Assembly (NCBI RefSeq): GCF_001194135.2
Contig: NC_068984.1
Coordinates: forward strand, 30,361,518 to 30,425,160
Direction of reading: 5' to 3'
DNA from: Octopus bimaculoides
Lineage: Eukaryota
Length of the DNA stretch: 63,643 nt
The notes beneath the pieces were generated by a model, which saw only the letters and a list, made by a program, of their open reading frames with translations, searched no databases and had not been told where the DNA came from. The stretch's first letter is position 1. Every line of letters begins with the position of its first letter. The position numbers and the translations under genes were made by a program. This document shows positions 1 through 12,238 of this stretch, in pieces.

Positions 1-758
1 AAAAAATCTCTATCTTATCTGCATCTTGGGTATTTCGTCGTAGTATGTCAGCGAGATAATTTAGAATGGGTTTCTCATTTATATATAGCCAGAACCTGAA
101 GACCTTAAGGAAAAACTACGAAGGGGAGAGAGAGGATGGAGGGGTAGACAGAGGCATGGCGGGAGAAAAGATCATCATCATCATCATCATATATATATAT
201 AAAGAGAGAGAGAGAGAGAGAGGGGGGACCAGTCAAGCAGCACATCACGCTGTAATTCTTGGGCTGAGAAATCAACACTTAAAAGCCATAATTTTAAGGA
301 GCGATAAGAATTTTTGAATAAAACTCAGATCACAAACTAATTAAGTCTCATTAAATATAAAAATATTAAATCAGTGATTTGTTACTCACAGAAAGAGAAT
401 TGACATGATGAAAAATGATCAGTCTTTTCTGAGTTAAAGAAGGAATTCTCTTCAAATAAATATGTTAATAACTTTAGTTTACACATTGATTCAGTGTCTG
501 TTATAGAATCATCACATAATTGCCAATATCACAAATAATGATATTCTATCTCAATTTCATGTGCTTAAACACATGTAGGATAATAGATGTCTATTCTATA
601 TTGTTTTCTGATTCAGTTTATTAGACCAAGGTACAAAAGTGAAAATTTTGTGGCAAAGAATCCCATCAATGCAATAAATATGTAATATTAACAGCAACAA
701 CAAAAACTTCATAATACAAAACAACAAATGGATATACATATATTTATGTATGTAGACT

Positions 759-1085
<327 letters not shown>

Positions 1086-1411
1086 CATGGCTTTGTGGTT
1101 AATAGATTTGTTTGAAATTTACATGCTTTGGGTTTGATTTCATAGTATGGAAGATTTTAACTACTCCTTCTAGCAAGTTAGATGTCCTATTATGGCCATC
1201 TCTTATGTGTTTAAATGTACACTGTATTTATATGAATAATATGTAGTCTATTGACTAGTTTTTCTACACACAAGGCCACAGGTAGTAAAAAATTTCTAAA
1301 TAATTTTTTATGACCCTGAAATTTATTAATATATATATATATGTATATGTATACATATATGTATGATAGACATATATATATACATACACCTCTCTTTCTC
1401 TCTCTCTCTCG

Positions 1412-1448
<37 letters not shown>

Positions 1449-1559
1449 NNNNNNNNNNNNNNNNNNNNNNNNNNNNNNNNNNNNNNNNNNNNNNNNNNNN
1501 NNNNNNNNNNNNNNNNNNNNNNNNNNNNNNNNNNNNNNNNNNNNNNNNNNNNNNNNNNN

Positions 1560-1602
<43 letters not shown>

Positions 1603-3989
1603 GTATATATGCCTATATATTTCATGTATTTGAAATATTACTTGGAATTATTATTTTCATATAAGATTCAAAGTGAAAAATGTAAATATTTCATGTCTTT
1701 ATCTCAAAGTTCATTTTGAGATGTGTAGCTATTACTATACACATACATAGGTATGCTTACATTTCTGAATATATAATGCATCTTAGCAGTAGGGAAACCC
1801 AAATAACGAAACTTATGCGGCATATACTACACATTAGAATATCAATCTTCTTGTTGGCAGACAAACAGTTTATACCTAAACCAAACTCACATGTTTGATT
1901 AATTCCTTTCCCCATTTTCTTGTTGAACATTGCATACGTACACCTCCCTAATTCCGTTTGATTCTTAGTTGAGTAAATTCTAATGTTATTTGCCCACAAA
2001 TCAGGTAGGGACCCATTCAACTGAGGATTGAAAATGTTTGTTATTGCAACCATGCATCATTTCTTGAAGGTTTGATTTGACAGGAAAATATCTCATCATC
2101 TAACTCGGTGCTTACTTGCATATATTGACATATAACTAATATATATCAAGGTAAAAGAACAGAACTTGAGCATTTTGTATCATGGTGAGGTTAACTCAGT
2201 CATCTACATTGTTGATATGATCAAGATAAAGTACAAGTGTTATAAGATGTTAGTGAAGAATCTAGTAAGCAAAGTACTTAGGTACTCAGCAATAACAAAC
2301 GAAAAGGAAATGGTTAATTCACTTCTAAACATGTTCAATTTTTATGGTGTGAAAAAATAGCATTACGTCATTTCTTTTGCTTCCTAATTCAACATTTCCA
2401 AAATTATGTTTTATGAAATATGTGCAGTAAGTATATATGGATAAACATGTAATGAATACTGTGACATAACATTAAACAACATTTTTTATATTCCTCTTTC
2501 CAGCATTCTGTAGTTTTAAGCTAAATACATTGCATTGCATATTATTAGTACAGCATTTCTGAAAGGCAAGACAGTGAATGTTATGTGAAGAAGCAGATAT
2601 ATACAAAACAAAAAAATTTAAAAGAAGGTATTCATATGTATTAGTGTTAGTGCGTGTTTACAAACATGCATATTTGTTGCATCTGTGTGTATATGTAAAT
2701 ATATAAGTAAATGTATAAGTATTTATATATGTAAATATATAAGTATGCAAGTGTATATTTAACCACACACATGTACATATATTTACAAGGGTATGTATAT
2801 ATATGCATATTCATATGTATATATATATATATGTGTGTATGTGTGTGTGTGTATATACATATATATGTATATATATATATGTGTGTGTGTGTATGTGTGT
2901 GCATACATATGTATGTATGTATATATGTGTGTGTGTGTATAAATGTATATGCATGGCATGTGTATCTATGTATCTAGAAACAAACATAGATAGATAAATA
3001 GATAAAGATATAGTATAAGCCGATGTGTCTATGGCTGTATATTACGAAATTTGTTTCACAACATGTGTTTTAGATTCGATCCTATTGCCTGACACCTGAG
3101 GCAAGTGTCTTCTAATACGTACTCTTAGGTTTACCATGTCTTGTGACTGGAATTTGGTAAATGGAAAATGTGCAGGAGTCTATCTTATGCATGTGTATTT
3201 TCCAGTGTATGTGTTAGTGTGTGTTTGTGTGTATGTGTGAGTGTTTCAGTTTTTAAACAGGTAAATTGTATCCCTGTATATCATAATATGTCACTGTATA
3301 TGTTAGCTTTAAAAAGCTATCTGTCTGTAAACTATTACCTTAAGTTGTCCTGTTCGATACTCCAGAAGGGCATCAATCCATAGCAACTATGTCAAGCAAA
3401 AATCGAATCATGATGTAATCCCCAAACCTGAGCAAAGCCTGTCAGACTGTCCAATCCATTAAGTGTAGAATATGTAAGTTAAATGATGACGATGATGATG
3501 ACGAAGATGATGATGATGATGACAACGATGATGATGATGTATGTATGTATGCATGTATGTATGTATGTATGTATGAATGAATGAACTGTGAACACAAAGA
3601 AAAAGACAACACTGGTTGGACAAGTTTAAAGAAATGTTAAATTAGTTTAATGTTTAAGAAAGAAGGTAAAGAAACTTGGCATTTCAGATGCTAGAATCTT
3701 CATTGGAAGAAGAAATGAAGTAAAGGAGGAGTGTGAAAGAGGAAAAGTGTTTGAGACCCAGGCAGGAATGCAGTTCTGTGGTTGTGGTGGTGGTGGTGGT
3801 AGGTCAGCAAGGTAAAAGGGGAAGGTGTTTGTGTTCTTATATAGGAGTGCCTCCATCTTTTGAAATAACATTAGGGGTGAGTGGCATGTGTATGGTTTTG
3901 TGGTTTATTTGTGTAAAGGCACGCAAGTATAGAAGTTTACTGGTGTGGATTAGGATATGGAGAGAAAATTAAGCAAAAATTGGAGAGAA

Positions 3990-4039
<50 letters not shown>

Positions 4040-4330
4040 GCCNNNNNNNNNNNNNNNNNNNNNNNNNNNNNNNNNNNNNNNNNNNNNNNNNNNNNNNNNN
4101 NNNNNNNNNNNNNNNNNNNNNNNNNNNNNNNNNNNNNNNNNNNNNNNNNNNNNNNNNNNNNNNNNNNNNNNNNNNNNNNNNNNNNNNNNNNNNNNNNNNN
4201 NNNNNNNNNNNNNNNNNNNNNNNNNNNNNNNNNNNNNNNNNNNNNNNNNNNNNNNNNNNNNNNNNNNNNNNNNNNNNNNNNNNNNNNNNNNNNNNNNNNN
4301 NNNNNNNNNNNNNNNNNNNNNNNNNNNNNN

Positions 4331-4580
4331 CTCAATATATATATATAGCCCGAATTTTATCTATTCCACTGCCTCAATATATATATATAGCCCAAATTTT
4401 ATCTATTCCACTGCCTCAATATATATATATAGCCCAAATTTTATCTATTCCACTGCCTCAATATATATATATAGCCCGAATTTTATCTATTCCACTGCCT
4501 CAATATATATATATAGCCCAAATTTTATCTATTCCACTGCCCGAATTATAGCCCGTATTTTATCTATTCCACTACCTCTA
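4331..4580. repeat. 42-bp minisatellite, about 5.5 copies
   Basis: Unit CTCAATATATATATATAGCCC(G/A)AATTTTATCTATTCCACTGC starts at 4331, 4373, 4415, 4457 and 4499 and abuts the N gap. Confidence 0.95.
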
Positions 4581-4602
4581 TATATATATATATATATATA
4601 CT

Positions 4603-4805
4603 CTTTTACTTGCTTCAGTCATTTGACTGTAGCCATGCTGGAGCACCACCTTTAGTCGAGCAAATTGACCCCTGGGCTTATTCTTTGAAGGCCTAGTACT
4701 TATTCTATCGGCCTATTTTGCTGAACCTCTAAGTTACGGGGACGTAAACACACCAGCATCAGTTGTCAAGCGATGTTGTGGAGAAGGGACCAACACAGAC
4801 ACACA
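4603..4805 (-). mobile_element. SINE 3' tail fragment
   Basis: CTCTTTTACTTGCTTCAGTCATTTGACTGTAGCCATGCTGGAGCACCACC..., also seen at 13555-13710(+), 32200-32410(-), 56020-56210(+) and 56700-56900(-). Confidence 0.85.
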
Positions 4806-7229
4806 AACATATACACACACATACATACATAAGTATGTTGAAAAGTCTCAATGACTGAAGCTGATACTGAAAAGTTTTTTATAGAATTATTTTAGCATTT
4901 TCTACCTTGACTTTTTTTCCATACATATATACATGTATATATGTATATATATATATATATGTATGTATATATACGTACATATATATTTATATGTTTGTGT
5001 GTCTGTGTTTTAAGGGTGTCACAAAAGGCCTGGCTGGAGGCCCAAACTTCCAAGTTCTTTTACAAGGCTTTGAAAAACTGAAGGACCCCTGAAATAATTG
5101 TGTGAATCTGAGAGAGAAATACATTGAATAAGATCATAATTAACTGATCTTCCTGTATTTTATTTACTCAAAACCAGAAACTTTTCAGTACTCCCTCAAT
5201 CAGTTTACATGCATGTGTATATGTATGTGTGTGTGTGTGTGTGTGTGTATGTGTGTGTGTATGTGTGTGTGTGTGTGTGTGCAAGTGAAGGTGCATGACT
5301 TAGTGGTTAAGTTGTTGCATTCATGATTGTAAGATAATGGTTTTGATTCCCAGACTGGCCCATGTATTTACTTGAGTAAAAGATTTCATTTTAAATTACC
5401 CCAATCTATTCGACACTAAATTATTTACACCAATAGCTGGGAAATTAAGCCAGTGAGGGACTGACATCCAGTTCAGGAATAATGATTTGTAATCCCTGTA
5501 AGTCATTCACCATGGAAACCAGGTTAACTCCTACTATATGTGTCTTTGAGATCATGACAGTTGTGATTCTAAACATAAATATGTGCAAAGTTGTAAAACA
5601 AGCAATATTAAGAAGCCACAAGAAGCAGTTAGGAGTACTTTTCTAAACTCAATTTTGGCAGATTTTCTTCAAATCTTAAAATTGTATTTTATGGTTTTAT
5701 AACTTTTTTAATCCTCAAGTTATTTGATAACCAGTTGATATAGCAAGCAGGCCTCAGATCAGTGAGGGGGGCAGTGTGCAATGATGCTGTGAAGAGGTAG
5801 GCCCCCAAACAGTACGCATTCTCTCCTGATGAATCCATACGCTTGCTGGCTCCCAATATGTGAAGCTTTTGACTGGTAGCACTTGCATGTGCTAGTTGTT
5901 TGCAAAACATCACATATGATTTTTAAGGTTAGTAAAGATATTTCCTCTAGTATGAACACTTAGTTCAAGAAATACAGGATCTAAACCAAAGGAGAGAAAT
6001 TTAAAATAAAATCATTGCTTATAGATTCCATGCTCAACACAATCAGACTTACAATTTAGGGTACTTAAGAAATTTTTTTTTTACAAAGGAGTTGGGTATT
6101 GTATTTTTACTATTGGTTAAAAGAGCTTGTGATATAAAATTATGAATAAAAAATAATGTTGAGAATTTTATCAAAATGATGAGATCAAATCAGAGATATG
6201 AAAAAAAAAAACACCAGTTAGATATACAATCAAAAATAATAAATTTACTCTACAAATATCATAAGTAAAAATTATATTTATATAGTTTCTTCATAGAGTT
6301 TCTTAATGTTCATATTCAGTAAATTATCTTTACTTATATCAAGAAATGAAATATAAAATATTTATAAAGTATATTAGCATAAAAATTAAATATCAGATGA
6401 GATATAAAATATTTATCAGAATTTTAAAAAATGTGCTAGAGACCATAAAATCAGTGTTTTCTAATATCTAAATTCAATCAAATATGGTCAAAAAGCACTT
6501 AAAAACTTGCTTCTTAGTTCCTCTAGCATTTTAGCACCACAGAATGGATAGCTGTAAAACGAAAGAAGCACAAAATAATAATGTTTTAAATGAACAGCTT
6601 ACATTTTTGAAACCAAATTTAGGTTCCAGCAAGCACAGAATAAAATTTTACAGCTTCTATAAATATTTTAATTTCCAAAACTGCCAAAATGTTCACTTCA
6701 AAAGTTATTTTGTGCTTCATGCTTTTAACAATCAACCCTCAATTTCCAAAAGATTGATTTAAAAAGCTGAATCTTAAGGAATCTATTGTTTAATCCTCTA
6801 CACACACACTCTCTCTATCTCTATATGTGTTTGTGTGTATGTGTACACACACACACACACATATGTATATTTAGATAGATAGATATAGATATCTACATAC
6901 ACACATATAGGTACATGCATGGATATATATAATGGACATACACACATAAATGCATACATGGATATATAGATATAGATACATACATGGATGCATATATATA
7001 TATATTGTATGTTCTCATTATCCTTTGCTACTTCATTCTCATCATCATCCTATTACAACTGTTTTCCATGATTGCAGATGCTGGATGGGTAATCTTGGAG
7101 ATCTGGATTAGCTGCCAGTTGGATGCTCTTCCTAAAATAAAACACTTTACAGTATGTAATAGGCGCATTTTATCATGCAACCATATATGTATGTTATCTT
7201 CTGTTTTTAATTATCAAAATTCTTCCTCT

Positions 7230-7960
7230 AAGGAAGGAGCTGGTTTCTAACAAAGATGCAAAAATGTTAAAATGTGGATAAAAAAAACAATGTCATTTTA
7301 AACTTGAGAAAAGTCTCGCATATTTTTACTGTTCCACTTACGGATTGCATTTGTAGTGTACAAGTTAGTTGCTTGATTTCTTGTTCTGAAAACCCTAGCT
7401 TATTCAGATTGTCATTTAATCATTTACTCACAAAATCAAGCACACCAATTATTATTGGTGTAATTATGGATTTATAGTCCGGATAAAAAGGTTGGAGGCT
7501 TCAAAGCAGTTGTCTGTAGTTATCTGCTTTCTCTTTGACTTTGAAAGATATATTCACATCAGTAGGACAGGTAACCTCTATGATGGTACATACTTTTTCT
7601 TGCCTAACCCAAGTAACAATATCCAGCCTGTTAGGTTTACACTTGTCAGATTTTTCTATGGGAATGTTTCAACAGTTATCTTTGTATTGATGTTTCTGTA
7701 CATATTCAATAACATGGGAGTTCTCTATATTTATTTCAGGACATTACATATTGCTTTTGTGACAACATTGTGCCATTTATTGAGGTAGTATCTTGATGAG
7801 ATTTTTGGATAGCTGCTAATCACATGAGTGATATCTTCAACAGAAATATGATGTAATCTACAGTTGCATCTTGGGTTTCACGGTTGTTTTTGTTTTTTAA
7901 GCATTTAGTAACAATTTCTCACTCTTGACTGAAAATGCATAGCTTTTGAAGTATGATGTG
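7230..7960 (-). mobile_element. Degenerate non-LTR retrotransposon 3' part with CCHC knuckle and restriction-like endonuclease (R4/Dong- or NeSL-like)
   Basis: Minus-strand translation CRLHHISVEDITHVISSYP...WHNVV and NRLDIVTWVRQEKVCTIIEVTCPTDVNISFKVKEKADNY (degenerate PD-(D/E)xK pattern), with stops and frameshifts. Confidence 0.8.
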
Positions 7961-7975
7961 ATCTAAGAAGAGATA

Positions 7976-8325
7976 TTGCATTTTGGAATGGTTATTTTTT
8001 TTTTTTTCCAAATGAACACATGCACTATATATATATTTTTTTCACTTGTTTATTACTTTTCTTATTTTATTATTTTAACCTGTGTCCATTGAGTGGAAAT
8101 CTTTTGTCACACATCTTCAGCGACACTTCAGAACAGAGTAAGTGGAGCAAAAACACACACAAAAATGAAAAGTGTCACTGAAGAGGTCACATATGTGTGA
8201 TGAAAGATTTCTGAACATGAGTTAAAATAATAAAATAAAAACAGTAATTAACAAGGGAAGAAGAAATATATAGTGCATGTGTTCATTTGGCAAAAAGGAA
8301 AAAAAATGACCATCCCGAAATACAA
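7976..8325. repeat. Inverted repeat, arms 7976-8128 and 8170-8325, 41-bp spacer
   Basis: Exact inverted blocks GTTAAAATAATAAAATAA and TATATAGTGCATGTGTTCATTTGG, plus AAGTGTC(A/G)CTGAAGA in both arms. Roughly 80% identity by eye. Confidence 0.9.
8172..8218 (+). ncRNA. Degenerate type I minimal hammerhead-like motif
   Basis: gtgtca-CTGAAGA-GGTCACATATGTGTGAT-GAAAG-AT-TTC-tgaaca. Core motifs are present, but stems I and II are imperfect. Confidence 0.45.
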
Positions 8326-10456
8326 CAAAATATATTATACATAGGGCCAAAATGTAAAATAGGAATAATATTGACATAGTTGAATAAAGCAACCTTTACC
8401 CACAGTACTTTAATTTTAGATGTTGTTATCTGGTGTATTTCGGCAATATAGAATTTTTTATTTGTCAATGTGAAATGACTTAAGCAAGTCATAAATTTAA
8501 TGGCATTCACATAAAAATATTCAAAAGATCCTTTTGTACAGGAGAATTCTATTTATTCTTCCAATGAGTGTAGTAAAAAAAACTCTTAACTGCCAATGGA
8601 CACCACTTATATTTGTAAGCAGGGCTGTCAAATGTGCCAGATTAATTTCAGAAATACAATAGCACAAAATTATTGAAATGGCTGTGCTAAGAAAATAATG
8701 CAAAATGAGTATAACAACTACATGGTCTATTGATTATAATGTATGGCACATGATCTTTGGGTTCACTTCGTGGATGAGGTGGTACATTGTATCCTTGAGC
8801 AAGGCTCTTCATTTCCCTTTGTTCTAGTCTATTCAACTGTAAATTGGTACCAGAAGATGCTCCACTCTCTTCCGTCTGTCACATCCCAGCAAGTTGCTCA
8901 AATAAAATGAAAATAGTACTCTGCAAGTCATGGAAAGTAGTACAGTCCCCTAATTGTGACTTAAATTGGCAATCCTTTAATCCAAAGTCACACATATTGT
9001 CTGCATATCATGCTTAAAAAATTTTAATGTATCATTTTAAATGCTTTGTCACTCTACACTTTTATATTTATTTATTTCTAAGTTATTTTTTTTTCCAATT
9101 CCATTTGGCCATTTGTTATTCGCTGTTGAAGGAAGCCACATTAAACTGCTGACAGCTTATCTATATTCTTTGTAACCGTAACTGCACATGTAGTCCCATT
9201 GCAGCATAGACTGAGTGCACCAATAAGCTTCAAAGCAGAATTTGAACTCAGAACACAAAGAGCTAGAATAGACATCACAAGGTGTTTCATCTGATAGTCT
9301 AATAATTACACCACTACCACCACCATCTGTTGATAATTTATCTATCAACTCTGAAATGATGAATGAACAATATGGATGACTTCAATGATATTCGAATTAA
9401 TAGCTCAGAGGGCTGAAGCAAAATACTGCATTGCATTCTATCCAACTATAACAACTCTGCCAACTTAACAATTTATTCATCTCCAATAAGGAATAAATTG
9501 TTTCCATATTTGTCACCTGCAGTTTATTTTATGTGATCACCAGAATTATTTCTTTCTTCTTCTTCACTACATTCAATAGAACTGACCTAATCACTGATAT
9601 AGATCTCTCTTCTCATTCTCATTACTATAAATAAAATAACATACATAAATAAATAAAAATAGGAATGTATGGAAACAATGATTTCTAAGGCCATCTGATT
9701 TTCTCATTCCATCAGATGTCGAAGGCCTCAAGTGAGAATTACTTCACTCTGACACTCTTTCTGTTACTCATTCATTTATTCCCTTGAGAGAAGATTAAAA
9801 TTTGGCACTGACAACTACAGCTCATCAATTTCCATTTAACATAGCAGAGGGATTTCTCTGTTAGTCATTTAACCTGCACAGTGTCATCACTGAATTTTCT
9901 TGAACACATTCTCTGCCTTTATTATTTCATTATTAAGTGGCTAATAAGCTTGCTTTGCAACTGTGTGATTCTGGGTTTGATTTGACTGCAGCACCTTGAG
10001 CAAATGTCTTCTACTCTAGTTTTGGATCAACCAGAATCTTCTTAGCAGAATTTAATGGACAGGAACTGTGCAAATGCCTGTTGAATATGTTCATACAGCC
10101 TTTATTGTTTATTTATAACTGCTTTGCATGATTGCAGTTTTTGGCTGAATAATCTTGGTGATCTAGGCTAGCTCCATTTGGAGTTTCTGCTTTCTAGGTG
10201 AATACCTTCCCTAAATATCTCAAAACAATGACAATTATTATGGCTACTAATGCTCAGTCATTGCTTCCTGCGATCAGCTATATTCGTGGCATAGGTATGA
10301 TTGAGCTAAGTTACTGCCAAACAAATGAAAACCAATTTCTGTTTGTTACCTTACAATCTCTTGATCTGTCTGGTGCTCTCCTTTTTCTTTCTTCTCTGTT
10401 TCTGTCTCTCTGTCTCTCTCTCCCTGTCTGTCTCTGTCTCTGTCTCTCTGTCTGTT

Positions 10457-10487
<31 letters not shown>

Positions 10488-10489
10488 AT

Positions 10490-10950
10490 TATATCATCAT
10501 CATCGTCATCCTCATAATTTAATATCTGTTTTCCATGCTGGTATGGGTCACACAATTTGACAGTAGCTGGCCAGCTGAAGACCTGCTCTGGTTCCTTGTC
10601 TGTTTTGGCATGGTTTCTACATTTGGATACCCTTCCTAACACCAACTGCTTTACAGAGTGTATTGTGTGCTTTTATGCAACACTAGCACAGGTGTATTTA
10701 TGTGGCACCACTACAGGTGCTTTTTTATGTGATACCAGCACTTATGATCCTGCAAAATTAGGAATTCTCAGCAGGAGAGGGATGCAGCAGACATGCCTGT
10801 ATGCAAGAACAACCACACTTTCACTTAACTAGACATGTCTTTTCAAGAACAGCAATCACCAGGAGTCTTGCTCCCCTGTCATCACCTTTGTGGGTCCCAA
10901 TGCTTGTCAATTCCCATCAGGCAACACCACTGAAGTACTTAGAATATCTG
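10490..10950 (-). mobile_element. RTE-LINE-3'-end-type repeat (5'-truncated LINE or derived SINE)
   Basis: Reverse complement of the family ending ...CCATGCCAGCATGGAAAACAGACATTAAATGATGATG, seen on the plus strand at 22700-23100, 34815-35155, 39060-39265 and 62960-63305. Confidence 0.7.
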
Positions 10951-10959
10951 GTGGAGTGG

Positions 10960-11430
10960 GATATGACTTAGTCACCCATATTCATTCATATTGTTAATCA
11001 GGTTGTCCACAAGGGAGTCATACCCAATGATTGGTGTAGCAGCATTATAGTCAACTGCTACAAAGGCAAAGGTAATGCCCTAGATAGAACTAATTACAGA
11101 GGCATCAAATAATTACAGAGGCATCAAATAGTAACAGAGGCATCAAATTGCTGGATCAGGTGATGAAAGTTGCAGAAAGGGTTGTAGCTCAATAAATTGG
11201 GAAAAGAGTTAGCATAGATGAGATGCAGTTTGGATTTGTGCCAGGGAGAAGCACCACTGATGCTATCTTCCTGGTGAGGCAACTACAGGAGAAATACTTG
11301 GCCAAATAATATGCATGTATATCTGGCTTTTGTTGACACGGAGAAAGCTTTGACAGGGACTCACACTCACTTATCTGGTGGGCAATGAGGAAGCTGGGGA
11401 TAGTTGAGTGGGTAGTGAGAGCTATACCAT
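10960..11430 (+). mobile_element. RTE (BovB-like) LINE reverse transcriptase relic
   Basis: Translation IPNDWCSSIIVNCYKGKGNALDRTNYRGIKLLDQVMKVAERV...IDEMQFGFVPGRSTTDAIFLVRQLQEKYLAK...EKAFDR, with stops. Confidence 0.9.
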
Positions 11431-11469
11431 CTTGCATGAACATGCTATTATTTCTAAATGCTTCGGTCA

Positions 11470-12238
11470 CCCATGGAAAAAACATTTTTCTTCAACATTT
11501 TCATGTAAATTGCCAAATTCACCTTCATCCCCTCTTTAATAAACACCAGAGGAGATTTTTCACCATCAGATGGCACTGCTACCCAAACCATAACTCAAGG
11601 AGGTTTCATTTAGTGAAACACCCTAAGGGCGCCTTTGGAAGAAGCATCCAATTTCATGGACAAAATCCTATCATTCTAGATGTTTGCTACAGCCGCCATG
11701 TTGAATATATTTTCATCCAACCAGATGAAGACATTTTCACTGGTGCTCTGAATCTCCAGCACCATTTTTTTGCATGTGTCCAGTTGCTTTGCTTTGAAAG
11801 TGGTCAAAATTAGATGTTGACATTGTAATTTTAATGACTTACAATTTAAGTCTTCATGTAAGACCTGTCACATGGTTGTCTGGGAGATATCAAAACTTTT
11901 AGCTCCGCTATAGATTTCATGATACTCCCTGTTTGATGACAACCACCAACTGTTTCATTCTTATGGATTGTTTTCGACTAGAAATGGGCCTGCTGTCTAT
12001 TGAATCTGTCTCGCTGTAGTGTTTCATACATTATGGGCTATTCCAGGATGAACACCAACCCATGAAGCCAAGTCTTTGGTACCAAGTCCTGTTTTTTCAG
12101 AGCTACAACCTCACTTCACCTGTTATCTACCATAATGAAATGTTTCACTCACTGAATGTAAATAAACAATGAAGTGTACGTAAACAATTGAATGTCAAGG
12201 AGTGCATTCTAATTATTTTTGTGCAATTTCAGACTAAG
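11470..12238 (-). mobile_element. Tc1/mariner maT (DD37D, Bmmar1-like) transposase relic, 5' half
   Basis: Minus-strand translation FDISQTTM*QVLHEDLNCKSLKLQCQHL...VFIWLDENIFNMAAVANI*NDRI...VMVWVAVPSDG. The terminus reads CTTAGTCTG on the minus strand at 12238, recalled as similar to the Bmmar1 TIR start. Confidence 0.7.

Noticed and set aside
95-125. CTGAAGA-CCTTAAGG-AAAA hammerhead-like string
   Set aside because: No stem III, no cleavage triplet and no stem I.
4331-4580. Regularly spaced repeats as a CRISPR-like array
   Set aside because: The units are contiguous with no unique spacers, and the context is eukaryotic. It is a minisatellite.
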